Source: Blepharisma stoltei ATCC 30299
Lineage: Eukaryota > Protista > Ciliophora
Length of the DNA stretch: 64,000 nucleotides
Assembly: GCA_965603825.1 (NCBI GenBank)
Contig: CBFDEM010000018.1
Location: 682,001-746,000 of the forward strand
Direction: 5' to 3'
Positions 50,727-63,531 of the stretch are shown here, piece by piece (the stretch's first letter is position 1; each line of letters begins with the position of its first letter). The notes below the pieces were generated by a model, which worked only from the letters and a program-made list of their open reading frames with translations, did not search any database and was not told where the DNA came from. A program made the translations under genes and the position numbers.

Positions 50727-50915
50727 AAAATTTTTTGACATAAATAATTATCATTATTCAATTTTTATTAAATAGGAACTTTTCAAAATTAAAATTCTAT
50801 GACTCCTAGCAATTCTCCATTATTTTTAAATTTTTTATTGGATGCTGTACTGCTTCCAAAAAACTATTATAAAGCTAATAGAAAGATTACTCAAATATAT
50901 TCTAAATAATAAATA

Positions 50916-53900
50916 ATGGAAAATCACTCCAAAATCCAAGTAAAAATTTCGTCGCTTCGTGAAAAGTTGCAAACTGCAGCCAAAAGAGGCTCAACACCTT
51001 CATCCCCTTTAACTCGAGCACAAACTGAAAGCTCTTCTAGGCTTCCTCACATCTCCAGAAGATCTGCCAGCTCGAATGTCCTCATCACACAAGATGAAGA
51101 TAGCCCTTTGTCAAGAGATGTCTCGCACATTCATGACAATTTAATGAAAAGAGCAAATAATTATACTTTTAGAAAAAGCATGCTTAATGAAATTTTAGGA
51201 ATCAAAGAAAATGAGAAAGGACATATAACGTTACCTATCAACTTGCTAGAAATAGAAAAAGAAATATTAAAAATAAGGGAAAAAGAAGAAAAGGAAGAAG
51301 AAAATAAGTCAAAAACAGACAGAAACCCAATAGAAAATGCAGTGAAGGAATGCGACATTTTATTTAAAAGCAAATTTGAAGATTTAAATATAGAGATAGA
51401 AAAGGTTTATGGCAGAAAAATATCTACAAGCTATTCACCCATAAGAGCAATAATAAGAGCTAATTCAGAGAGGCAATTGGCTAGGCCTGACACAGCCCTT
51501 AGGGTGCCATCAGGCAGAAAAGAAGTCGAAATTTTAAATTTCTGGCTTGACTATATGATCGACACACAAGTTAATCAAGTGAGCGACATAGAATTTGACA
51601 AAAAAATAAAAGTTGCTCAATTAATCTACTCTCGCTGCTTCAAAGAAATCATCAGACAAATAAGTGTCCATTGCATAGAAAGAGGAGAACTAATGGAAAA
51701 AGTATGAAGCGGACTGCTAAATTTATTTTCCCAAAATGATATAGAAACTACAGTTAAAATCGAAAAAAAGCAAAAAGTCCTTGAAGAAGTGTTAACTAAA
51801 CATAAAGAAAAGCATGAAGAACTAATTAAAGCTGAAAGAAGCGAAATAAAAAAGCTTCACGAAACAATTAAATGCAAAGATAAATATATACAAGAAATAT
51901 CAGCAGAGGTTAACGATTTAAAAGATAAAATCGAGAGCTATAAATCAAGGGTTAGAGAATTAAGTGAATCTTTATCAAAAGCAGTAAGGAATACTTCTTT
52001 ATTATATCAGCAATTCAGAGATATAGAAAATCACGTCACTATAAATGAAGAAGAGTTTTCATTCTATAGTGAAGAGGATGAGCCAAAAGAAGAAAAACCT
52101 GAGTCAAAAATGATAAAAATTGATAAAGCCAAGCTGTATAGGCCTATGATTTTAGCTGGATATTTTGATTTGACTGGAAAATTCCATAGGAAACAACAGT
52201 TTATTAGGGATGATGATAATGTGCTAAAAGCAGCTGATTTTTCATATGAAATCGCACAAATGGTGGAATTGCGCCATAAAGGGACATCAACTGAAGAAGA
52301 TATTGAAGTTATTGTCATAAACAATGCAACGACTCCAAGAGATATAAAAAACTGAATAAGCCCTGGGATACTAAAGTTTATAGTCGGACTTTATTCTTTG
52401 CAGCTATCTGGCAAAGCAAAATATAATATGAATAAGTTCACCCAAACTTTTGTTCTAAAAGATATTGCAAGGCAGTCAAAGATTGAAATAAAGCCGCCTT
52501 TTAAAAGAAGAGATACCACTCATATCATAGAACTGCCTGGAGAATTTGCTTCTATTGGCATTCAAACAAATGATATTGTAGCCAGCCCTAGAAAAGGCAG
52601 AAGCCCTGGAAAAAGAGCTATGACAATTATAAGGAAAAACAAAGGAAAAATTAAAGCTCTTTATTCCAAAATGGAAGAAAAAATGATCAATGAGTATCTT
52701 GGAAAAGAAGACGTAAAGAGCAATCTAAAGAAAACTGAATCTGTGCCTGCATTAGAGAGCACTTCTCCTATCTCATTTAAACGAAAATCCAATTCTCCTG
52801 ATAAAAACAAAATCAGTAATTTGAAAATTGCTTCTTCAACAAAAGGAAGATCAAATACTTTATTTGATAAAAAATCAGGGGAATCAAGCCCAGACAAACC
52901 AGAAATCTCTTGTCCAGCTTCAAATAAAGGGTTTTCGTCATCATTAAAAGTCGTAGAAGTGGCTGATAAAGAGTCCTTTACAGCAATAGATGCTAATGAA
53001 ATACTACCTATAAAAGATAAAGAATCCTTTACAGCAGAAGAAGCTAATGAAGTCCTCCCAACAAAAATGCTTAAGAAAATAGAAAAATTAAAAGAATCAG
53101 TCAATGTTATGCTCGTCAAAGAAAACTTCTCATCGGCATCAGTAGCATGGGATGAAGAGACCAAGGAAAACGCCCACAAGCTGCGCGTTATGCTGGATTC
53201 TCTGTATCCGCTCCAAGAGTCAAATATTACGACATCTATAACTCCCGTGAAATTATTTCACGCTTATGTTCAAACTGATATTTCTGGAGAAAACATATTC
53301 ATTGATAGAGTCTTCAGCACAGCAAAAACATCAAGGTTTGACGAGGAAATGACGGATGAGCCTAGCTATAAGTGCATGCCTTCAAAAAGTAAGACGAAAA
53401 TTTCAGATTTTATTATAGAAAGTGATCAGTCCCCAGAAAAGTCATTTGAATCTGTAGAAAGCCCATACAAGTCCCCCCAAAAGGAAAAGCCGAAGCATAC
53501 TACAATAGCAAAAGCTTTCGTTTTAGGTCAAATCAAGCAAAGAATTGTAGTTTCTCATCCTGGACAAATTTTCCTAAATAAATTTATGACCCATTTGATT
53601 AGTAATTATGTAAGGAGAATAATGAACGTCCAACAACTCATGAAAATCATTAATAAAGTTTATAGTGAAAAAATCTCATTATCAAGAGAAAGCGTCAACC
53701 ATAAAAGACATGAGGCAAGCATGGTGCTATATGATGTCCTTATTAATCAATATGGGCTGAAAGATGTAGCTAAAATGAAGTTCCAGCAGACAATTTTAGC
53801 CTCACTCAGCTTTAAGCAGTACCCAAGAGTTGCAAACTTTGTAAAGTTTTTAGGAATTGAAGGAAACTTCAGTGTAGATGACTGAAACTTGTACCTTTTT

Positions 53901-54437
53901 GCAGTTGAATATATGTACTCTTGCAATATAGGCCCTTATATCTACAATAAAGAGACTTCTCCAGTTCACTATTGTCCTTATGAAAGAGCCATAAAATGCA
54001 CCTATACCTTTTTTGAGAACAGGCTGGACAATAACATCTTCCAAGAGCTGATTGAACAAGTCCGATCCCTCAGAATTGAAGAGCCAATTCAGAAATCAAG
54101 CAGACTTGTAAGGACCTCCATCTCCTCCATTGACAAAATCGACACTGACCAATTTTTAATCCTCATTTTAGACTATTATCACAAGCTCAAAGACTCATAC
54201 CTAAAAAGACTAGCCCCTCGGACTGAAAAATACGCGCTTCTAACCCTTCTTGAGTTTCTACGCCTTTTCAGGTCGAAAGCTGAACTTAAGCTGACAGAAG
54301 ATGAACTAGTGAAAATATTCCACCAGCTTTCAATCTCAAAAATTGCTGATGACAAACAACTGGTGCAATATATCACCCTTGATAGCTTTTTAAGCTATGT
54401 TGTTGACAATGATATAATAATTTTTGATAATTTATAA
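50916..54437 (+). CDS. Axonemal dynein light chain (p28) domain protein, AXDND1-like, 1173 aa
   Basis: Four track ORFs form one frame through three TGAs; CFKEIIRQISVHCIERGELMEKV(W). Confidence 0.75.
52965..53066 (+). repeat. Intragenic 51-bp tandem duplication (DKESFTAIDANEILPIK / DKESFTAEEANEVLPTK)
   Basis: Two adjacent, similar 51-bp units. Confidence 0.85.
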
Positions 54438-54455
54438 ATTATTTATAAAATTAAA

Positions 54456-54910
54456 ATGGGAAGCTCACCAAGCTGCTTTCCAAATCGACATCAAAGGCCA
54501 TCGTTCAGATGTTCGAGAAGACTACAAAGAAGTGACACAAATTCCAGTCCTGGAAGAAGGGATATGGACCGTTTTAAAATACTGAGTTCTGCATTAAATG
54601 GGTGCAAGATCCATACAAATTGAAAAAGAGAGTTAGTTAATTGGGCTAACTGCTAAGTTCTTAAATAACAAAGAATGTTTTTTTAAAGAATATTGGCGTA
54701 TAAACAAAATGAAGAAAAAACTAATCCTTGATTTACCATATTTGACCTTTCATAATTAACATTGAGTTTTTAAGAGTTAATGATCAATTTTTAAATAAAT
54801 TATTTGAATTGAAGTTTAATTATTTCGGGAATGGACTTTTAAGGTATTTATAAACGAATTATTTTGCTTGGTATTTTAGAAATAAAATTTCGTTGGGTTT
54901 GGAATTCCGT
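54456..54910 (+). pseudogene. Possible decayed CDPK/CAMK-like kinase 5' remnant
   Basis: MGSSPSC start; other frames give DVREDYKEV..VL.EG..TVLK and VQDPYKLK; many frameshifts. Confidence 0.3.
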
Positions 54911-55588
54911 ACTCCACATATCATTGCAAAGATCAAGGATTTTTCTTTCTCGAAAGAAAAAGGTGATTGCGCTAGAAGAGAATGAGCACTCACAAGCCAT
55001 TTTTAGCCTTTAATTTAGTTGGCAAAATGTTATACTTGAACTTAGTATTTGTTTATAGGAGAGCGTCTCCTTGTCTTTTGATAATTTTCGGCTTTATAAA
55101 TAAATTTATACAATAATTAAAAGCATCTTGAGTCTTTAGTAGATAAAATATTATAATCAAAATTTGAATAAAAATTGTGATAGATTATGAAGGAGAGTAA
55201 TAAAATAATTGATTTATAAGGAATATAGAAAGAAACCCGCTCTCCTAGCCAAAAACAAAGCAGATAATAGATTAACTTGACTAAATTTATGTTGTTAAAA
55301 AAATTATAACATAAAGATCCTCCTTTAATATCAGAAAGCATAATAAATTTGGGAATATATAAGCCTGCAAATAAAGCGCAATTTAAGCATCGAGTATTGT
55401 AGGCATAATTAAATATGTTCACATAAAATATTTGGGGAGTTAAAATAAGAAATGAATTTTTCTTTCAAATTTGCTCTCTTTAAGCATTGTAATATTGCAT
55501 CAGGAATCATCATAAAATGATTTCTTACAATAGAAAAGCTTAATAGACTATTTATAAGCTATTTGCAAAAGTTTTTAGTTATTAAATT

Positions 55589-56461
55589 TTAAGCCTCTTC
55601 TTTTATCTCGCCATTGATTTGGTAAGGGATTTTGACTGATCCGAAAGCTTGCTTGCTCCATTCAATCAAAGATTTTGGATTTCCAAGGTCAACTAAATCT
55701 TTAACAGTCACGACTCCATCTTGGTCATAATCCAATTTCTTCCACACCTTATCATCCAAATATACGGTAATTGACTCTCCTCCAACAGTATTCAGCATTT
55801 TATCAAACAAATTCCTGATATCCTGTGGCCACTGCTTTTCCAAAATATCTTCCTTCTTCATTTCTTTTATCTCGTCATAGAAATCTACAATTGCCTCCAG
55901 CTTATCATGTATCCCTAATGCCTGGTCAATTTTCCCATAAACTTTTGTATTTGCTATATATTCTCTTTGATTATCCAAAAAGTCCACAATTCTCAGCCCC
56001 ATTTCTCTTTGAAAATGCCATATGGAATTTAAAGCCTTGGTGCTTGCGTCAATCGGGACTCTATAAATTTGTTCAATATGATATTTCTCAAACACAGTTG
56101 AGCTCCACAAGTAAAGTTCATCAGCCCCTGCCAGTATCAAAACGCTTGTGGACTCGGCCATTTGTTTTGCTTTTTTAAGCCACCCATCGGGCAAGGATTT
56201 TTTTTCAAGGGCTTCTTGGGTGAGGTTTATCAGTGAGTCAACTGTGTAATCGATTTTTTCGATGAGCGGTGAGCCGTATTCAGCAACCCTGGAACTAAAA
56301 GGCGAAATAATGGGAGAAACCATATCAATTCCTTGCTCGAGCATCGGGAATTTGGATTTTGTTTTGTCGTATAATGAGCTGGCGCTTTCAACAATTCTGT
56401 TGATGTATTTTCTCTGGGAAGCGTCCTGGACTTGCTGTTCTTGATCAGACTCTCCGTGCAT
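55589..56461 (-). CDS. Perilipin/LDAP-like N-terminus with a C-terminal EF-hand
   Basis: SSLYDKTKSKFPML...PLIEKID amphipathic segment; DYDQDGVVTVKDL. Confidence 0.65.
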   Translation of the reverse strand: MHGESDQEQQVQDASQRKYINRIVESASSLYDKTKSKFPMLEQGIDMVSPIISPFSSRVAEYGSPLIEKIDYTVDSLINLTQEALEKKSLPDGWLKKAKQMAESTSVLILAGADELYLWSSTVFEKYHIEQIYRVPIDASTKALNSIWHFQREMGLRIVDFLDNQREYIANTKVYGKIDQALGIHDKLEAIVDFYDEIKEMKKEDILEKQWPQDIRNLFDKMLNTVGGESITVYLDDKVWKKLDYDQDGVVTVKDLVDLGNPKSLIEWSKQAFGSVKIPYQINGEIKEEA

Positions 56462-56849
56462 TGTTATTCAATAATTAAATTTATATTCCTGATGGTTTTC
56501 CTTTTATCATTAGTGACGCATTTTTGTGGGTGACGTAAACAATGGTATTTCTTGAAAATTTAAATATATCAGATTTCGATGGCTTATTAGAACCAATGCA
56601 AATACTCATGGCGGATTTTAGTGTATCTTAATTCATATGCAAAGTAGAACATCTTGTGGGAATTTTTCTAGCAAATAGCGTTACAATCTTGATGTGTCAA
56701 ATTAAGGGAAGGGCTAGGAGAAATGAAGACTTATGCTAATTAAAATTACTCAGGATGGTTTTCATAAGGTAAGTTTATCTCTGCGATATCAGTCTATAGA
56801 GACCATGGCTTTTCTCTTATATTCCAGAAAAGAAAATATTGAAATTAAT

Positions 56850-57290
56850 TTATAAATCTATTGAATGGTCACTCCCTGAATCGTTTTCCAGCTGCTTGTC
56901 GATTTCTTCAAAATCAAACTTGCCTGCAGCTTCTCCTTTTCCGCCTGCCCAGTTTCGGCTATTCGGCTTATTGACTTCTCTGCCTATATTCCCATCCATT
57001 CTAGCTCCTTCGACCATATCTCGCAGTTTAGAAACTCTAGACGGTTTAGAGTCTTTGCTTTGTTTATTCTTTATAAGCTCTATGAGCTTCAAAACCTGCC
57101 CTGCATCAATCTGCGTCAAATATCCAGGATGGTCTAGATTCAGTTTATGATAAATTTTTTCAGTTGTCAGTGTCAAATCTTCTTTCGATATATTGAAATC
57201 GTGATAAAACTGCTCATTGCCGTTATTATAAATTAAGCATAGTCTAGGAGGGTTGTATTTTACAGCAAGTTGCAAAGGCTGAATGTTCAT
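56850..57290 (-). CDS. CEP19: Centrosomal protein CEP19-like
   Basis: AVKYNPPRLCLIY, L...HPGYL, C-terminal FDFE. Confidence 0.7.
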   Translation of the reverse strand: MNIQPLQLAVKYNPPRLCLIYNNGNEQFYHDFNISKEDLTLTTEKIYHKLNLDHPGYLTQIDAGQVLKLIELIKNKQSKDSKPSRVSKLRDMVEGARMDGNIGREVNKPNSRNWAGGKGEAAGKFDFEEIDKQLENDSGSDHSIDL

Positions 57291-57325
57291 TATTTAATTA
57301 TTTTAATTTAAACATGGGAGTTTCA

Positions 57326-58561
57326 CTAGGTTTCTCTAGAAAATTTTTTAAACCCAGGCAAAGCAATTACTACCACTGTCACGTTGTCCATTGTTCGCCT
57401 ATTAAGTGCTAGTTTTATGACACTGTCTACGACTGCACCACATTTGTGGTGCAGGTCGACTGCTCTTACATCTGAAATTGAATTTCAAGCGCAATTTATG
57501 ATTTCTCTATTGGTCAGCTTGTCGTAAATCCCATCAGATGCGAGTAAGATAAAGTCCATGTCTTTTGTAATTCTAAATGATTTCACTTCCGGATTCGGAA
57601 TTACCACTTTTGGATTCCCGCCCAGCTGAGGCACTTTGGCTTCAACGTCTCCGAAAGTCCGAGAAACGGACAATCTTCCTGGATTCACTCTAAAAGGTCC
57701 TAAAACTGGAGATTCAGCATTGTGCCCAAGGAAAATAGGTGTTTGGTAGACCCTTCCGCCAGCTTGAATGATTCTTGACCTCTCTTCTTCGTCAGAAGGT
57801 TTATGATCTCTTGAAAGTTGATGAATTTTGCTCCCTCGCTCAGCACTCATAATGGCTCTTGAGTCTCCTACATTGGCTACATAGCACATATCTCCGAAAA
57901 TTAAAGCAATAATTGCGCATGAGCCTGATTTTTCTATATATCTTCCTTGACATTGGGCTAAAAAATCCTGCTCAGCAGCCATACATCCTTGTTTTATAGC
58001 TACTTTGGGGTTTTCAGGGAAGTTTGGCTCTTTTATGATATACTGGTGCAAGTTATCCCTTAAAAAGTCTGCACAAGCAGATCCCCCATGGCCATCATAG
58101 ACTGCAAAAAACGAGCATTTCGGCCATATTTCTCCAACTCGGCCTTGTGGTTTTATAATATTGTTGATAATGCTGACTCGGTCTTCATTATAACCACGGA
58201 CTAGTCCTGCATTGGTGCTTGCAGCATATGCTTTTGTGCGTCCATTTTGCTTGACTGAAATACGAGTCGTTTCATTAAAAGTTTCTATGCCTTTCAGGAA
58301 TTTGTAATGATCATCTAAAGTACGATTTGTGTCTAGGCTTCCTCTGGAACGTTGGTCAATTGCTGGAAGCTTTTCGGAAGTGTGGCGTAAAGATTTTCGC
58401 AGGACAGCTTGGGGATGGACTTTATGAGGCAAGCTGATACTTGGAGTGAGAGGCTCCATTCTCAGCTCTGGAGACTTGGGAGAAATGATGTCAAAAATTG
58501 CTGCTCGAGTTCGGCCAGGGATAGATATACGAGGGTGAGTAATAACTTGAGTTTTAGACAT
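57326..58561 (-). CDS. Protein phosphatase 2C
   Basis: YNEDR, VYDGHGG, NVGDSR, SRTFGD, ASDG; DNVT lies after the TGA; TAG at 57328-57326. Confidence 0.93.
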
Positions 58562-58908
58562 GATTTTTGTTAATATGCATCAACTGAAGATTTTAGACCA
58601 TGAATATTCTTGATTTTATTATCAAATGGAATTAATTAGAGCAATGATACTTGTGCTTAAATTGAGTAGGATAAAGCTGTTTAAGCATAGGATAAATATT
58701 TTAGCTTGAATTTTATTAGACAAATTTTCAAGAGTTTATTATCCTTTGATTAAATTTTTCTTCAGTTATATTTTAATCAACAATTTATTTATAATTAAAA
58801 AAACAAAAAATCTAGTTTCTAAAATAGAACATAATATTCTCTAATGTATAATACAAATTTAATATTCCAAGTCGATTTAAATTAAATTTTCCATTTAAAT
58901 CTCAGCTC

Positions 58909-60303
58909 ATGGTGAAATACCACTTCGAAACTTATGCAAGAATGAAACCCCTAGAAAAGTAATCGCTAATTAGCCCCGAAAACCCTATTGGCTACAACAT
59001 TTACGTAGAAGCCAAAGTCCTGGAAATTTTTGTACCAAAAAATGAGTCATTCGGCCATGTAAATAATCAAAAAGAAGCATTCCAATTCAAATTCACAGAA
59101 ATTTTAGACCAAGACTCTACCCAAGAAGATGTGTTTGAAACAGTTGGCAAAGCCTTATCATTAAGCTGCATGGATGGCTACAATGGCACAATTTTCGCAT
59201 ATGGCCAAACTGGTAGTGGCAAAACATACACAATGTCAGGATCTGACACTTGGCAGCTCCGTGGGCTGATTCCTCGCATTTTCACTTCAATTTTCAACGA
59301 AGTAGAGCAAAGGACAAACCTTGACTACAACGTCTATGTCACTTTTATGGAAATTTATAATGAATGCGGTTATGATTTACTTGACCCTTCTCACGCTGAG
59401 CTGCCTATGGAGAACTGGACTAAAATCCAGCTCTATGAAGATTTATATGGAAATCTCCATTTGAAAAACCTTTCAATCCACCAAGTCCGCAGTGAGCAGG
59501 ATGGGATTGATTTACTGATGATGGGAAATTTCATAAGGCACGTCAGTACAACACCTATGAATATGGCATCATCGCGCTCTCACTGTATCTTTACAATTGC
59601 TTTTGAAAGCAGAGACCATGAGTCAGAAATCATTAGGACGTCAAAACTTCATCTGGTAGATTTGGCTGGAAGTGAAAGGATCTCAAAGTCTCATATAGAA
59701 GGAAAAATACTTGAAGAAGCCAAACATATAAATTTATCGCTGACGTACTTGGAGCAGGTCATTATAGCGCTTCATGATAGGCAAAAAGATACGAGGACAC
59801 ATATTCCTTATAGAAACTCATTGATGACAACGATATTGAGAGACAGTTTAGGAGGGAACTGCAAAACGGTCCTTATAGCTACTATGAACTCAGATGCAAA
59901 CCAGCTAGAAGAAACTTTAAGCACTGCAAAATTCGCTAAGAGGTGCTCGAAATTAGTAGCAGATGTCAGTGTCAATGAACAAGTTGACAGTAATTTGCTT
60001 ATACAAAGACTGAGACAAGAAAATGCACAGCTGAAAAGACAGCTGGCAAACTCAAGTGAAGACAGCAGGCTTACAGATTCGCCTTCTTTGACTTTGTCGG
60101 ACTCTGAGCTGTGTAAAAAGCAAGTGGCAATGTTTCTTGCGAACAATTCACAGCCAAAGCTTATTATATCGACTCTTCAGCAAACTTATAGATGCTTGCA
60201 GCTATTTAAAGAAGCAATTCTTATCAAGGAAGAGCATTACCAAGCTGAAATTCAGCAGCTGCAGGACCATATTCAAGAGCTTATGCAAAGACGTATTAGA
60301 TAA
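58909..60303 (+). CDS. KIF6: Kinesin-9 family motor, KIF6-like, one intron
   Basis: GQTGSGKT, SSRSH, LVDLAGSER, INLSLTYLEQVIIAL, HIPYRNS. Confidence 0.9.
58959..58973 (+). other. 15-nt intron GTAATCGCTAATTAG
   Basis: Consensus match; removes TAA. Confidence 0.88.
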
Positions 60304-60544
60304 AATAATTAAATTAACATCTAATCTAAAATTATCTTAAACCAACGTTTCAATAAAAAAATATAATGAATCGCTTTTTTCAGAATGGATGTCATTTGGG
60401 TTTTATTGCTCATACTAAAAATGGAGTTGAACTCCTCAACAACTCTATTATAGGTAAAAATAGCTTGCGAAAGTTGATTAAAATAGTGCTCTATAGCGTA
60501 ATTAGACAACTGATAGCCTATAATATAATGTATTTTAATATAAA

Positions 60545-61162
60545 ATGGATTATGAACAGGCACTAGATCAAGCTCTAGGCTCCGGAATGAATCATTATGT
60601 TGAAAAAAACTCCTGAAACCCTGTATTTTTTGATGATTGCTTCGGAATCTATACTAAACCTCACAGTAGTGGGCTAAACATCTATATGGCTGAAATAGTG
60701 ATAAAAAGAAGTGCTCATGACATCCAAGACTACTTGTGAAATATATACAATTATCAGGAATGGCTCACGCAGTATAAAAATTCAGAACTTCTATCAGAAA
60801 TGTCTGACTCATGCAAGGTGTTTTATTTATGCACAAAACATATTAAGCATATTAGAGGAAGAGAACTTGTATTGGCATCCAAAAAAAGTGATATGGATAG
60901 ATACAAGACTGTGATTTTTACTAGTGTAGAGCACGATGCAAGACACGTTTTCTATAAGGTCAGAGGATGGGTCTATTTTTTTACTTTTATTATTGAACAG
61001 GTAGGCTCTGAAGAGTCAAATGTTGCGTGACTGTGCCATTATGACCCTAAAGGAGTTAAAGTAAAAAAATTTTACGCAAAGACTACAGTTGATTTTCTGA
61101 AAAACCTACAAAACTTAAAGTCAGTCCTAGAAAGAGACAGCTCAAGAATTAGCCCTGTGTAA
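60545..61162 (+). CDS. START-domain lipid-transfer protein
   Basis: 205 aa with three TGA=Trp; RELV, FTSVEH, DPKG. Confidence 0.75.
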
Positions 61163-61462
61163 TATTTCTTTTTATACAAATAAACCCTTTTCAATAAATT
61201 TTCTTTTTAATTAATTCAATATAAGCTCTTCTTGTATTTAAATTAATAATTCATTAACTTTTTTATACTCCTGAAGTAAATGGTTTCTTTTCCTTCAATT
61301 ACTCATCCTATTGAGCATCAGCCAACTATATAATTAGCCTTTTCTCTATTAAAAACCCCCAAAGTCCTTATTTTCTCTCATTTCTACCCCATAATCCTAT
61401 ATTCTTTATCCCACTCCTCTTTTCTTTTCATAATTCAAAGCAAATTATATTAAATTCAGCAA

Positions 61463-63082
61463 ATGTAAAACTTACTTAGGTCTAATTTGCTCAACACTTC
61501 TACAGAGTCTCACTCCCCCTCCAAATCAAATATCGGCCCCTATCATCTTGGCCGCACCATCGGTGAAGGGACATTCGGAAAAGTCAAGCTCGGGATCCAC
61601 ACTTTAACGGGCGAAAAGGTCGCAATAAAAATTTTGGAAAAGGACCGCATCTGTGATGTGGCTGACGTTGAGAGGGTTTCCAGAGAGATCCACATCCTCA
61701 AGCTAATTCGGCACCCCAATATAATCCAATTGTATGAGGTAATCCTTACTTAGATCATTGAAACTCCAAAAAAGCTGTACTTAATCATGGAATACGTAAA
61801 CAGCGGCGAGCTCTTCGACTACATTGTAAAGCACTCAAGACTAGAAGAAGCGGAAGCCTGCAAAATCTACCACCAGATTATTGCTGGGATTGAATACATT
61901 CATAAGTTGAATATTGTTCATAGAGATCTGAAGCCAGAAAATCTGCTTCTTGATCACAACAAAAATATAAAAATTGTTGATTTTGGTCTTAGCAACACTT
62001 ATAAGCCAGATGAGCTCTTAAAAACGGCTTGTGGCAGTCCTTGTTATGCAGCCCCAGAAATGATCGCAGGAAAAAAATACGCAGGGATTGGGGTTGATAT
62101 ATGAAGCTCAGGGGTTATTTTGTTTGCTATGATATGTGGATATCTGCCATTTGAAGACCCAAATACTTCGCAGTTGTATAAAAAAATTTTGGCTGGGGAT
62201 TACCATTGTCCGAAGTTTATTTCAAATTCAGCGAAAGAGTTTTTGAAAGGGATTTTAAACACTGACCCTGCAACTCGTTGGAATATTGAGCAGATAAGAA
62301 AGCACGCTTGGTTTACCCAGGTTGCGCAAGATGTAAGCTTAGGGATTCTGGTGGGATATGATAACATTTCAGTCGACCAAAGCATTTTAAAGCAGCTTGA
62401 AAAGTTTGGTTATGACCTGGAGCACACAAGGAAATGCTTAGAAGCAAACAAGCATAATCATGTGACAAGTGCTTATTATTTATTATTGAAAAAGCATTTA
62501 GATCAAGGCGGGATTTCAGTTGCAGATTATTCCTACATGTCTGAGCATGAGCTAGCTCTTATGTCAATCAAACCAAATCTAAAGTTAAACAAAACTCTTG
62601 CTGTGGCAGCTCCTCATCCTCCTCAAGACAAAGGCCAAGTCCTCACTCCTTTTCCAAGGCACCGAAAGTACATTGAAGCATCTGTGTCAAGAAGAGCCGA
62701 AAGTATAGGGAACAATAAAGATTACGATTTCATCAATCAATTATTTGCAACCCAAAATCTTCATAAGAAAAACGCTTCTCAACACGTCGCAAAAAGTTCA
62801 TCTAAAGGTAAAGAAAGATATTCAGCTTCTCCGAACACGAAAAACTCGAAATCAAAACAAATGACCTATCGATTTCCTAATAAAAAAATAGCGACTCCAA
62901 GGCCACCAAGTGTTTCTAAGAATTTTGAAGAGAAAAGAAGAGGGAGAAGCAGCATAAATGACAGCTTTGGGAAAGGTCTGGACTTAAATATAACCTATAG
63001 GTTTAGCCCAAGAGCGTCTTCAGCAATTGATGGGAAAAAAAGATATAGGTCTAAAAGAGAATCTTCTTTGGGAATCAAATAG
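61463..63082 (+). CDS. SNF1-related (CAMK-like) Ser/Thr kinase with UBA region, two introns
   Basis: [31 protein letters not shown](W)S; start codon split AT|G by intron. Confidence 0.92.
61465..61479 (+). other. 15-nt intron GTAAAACTTACTTAG inside the start codon
   Basis: Consensus match; splicing gives the only in-frame ATG upstream of kinase subdomain I. Confidence 0.8.
61739..61753 (+). other. 15-nt intron GTAATCCTTACTTAG
   Basis: Restores QLYEIIET. Confidence 0.92.
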
Positions 63083-63150
63083 CATTTTGCCATAAATTTT
63101 ATTTAAGCAAATCTGATTTCTATTATATCTGTAAATAATGACTAATAAAT

Positions 63151-63531
63151 ATGAAATTGCTCGCATTTTTGCTCGCCTCGATTGCATTAGCTGCAGTCTA
63201 TAACTTAGATGTAGCATCAAACGCCAGAATTAATCCGGGAGGATCGTCTATTCTTGAAGTCACCTCAAATCCGTCAACAGGATACATGTGGTATTTTGTC
63301 CCATCAAATTCAGCTAAGATATCAGTGGATGACCCAAGAGGAGCCTTTATTGCTCCAGCGACAGAGCTTGCAGGAGCACCAGGGAAACAAAGATTTACGA
63401 TCTCATGCAGCCAACTCTGTGTAGAAGGTGACATACTTGAAGTCATTTTGGCTTTGCAGCGCCCATGGGAACAAGCTCCGATTGATATAAAGAAAGTTTC
63501 AGTTGAAGTAACTAATGATCAGTTAGATTAA
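63151..63531 (+). CDS. Secreted chagasin-family (I42) cysteine protease inhibitor
   Basis: Signal peptide plus NPSTGYMW, GAPG and RPWE loops. Confidence 0.88.
   Translation: MKLLAFLLASIALAAVYNLDVASNARINPGGSSILEVTSNPSTGYMWYFVPSNSAKISVDDPRGAFIAPATELAGAPGKQRFTISCSQLCVEGDILEVILALQRPWEQAPIDIKKVSVEVTNDQLD

Noticed and set aside
55117-55422. 101-aa minus-strand ORF
   Set aside because: Non-ATG start, AT-driven composition, no motif.
56560-56830. Slightly GC-richer spacer with a 14-nt GTAATTTTAATTAG on the minus strand
   Set aside because: No coherent ORF or RNA motif, and the length is outside the 15-16 nt class.
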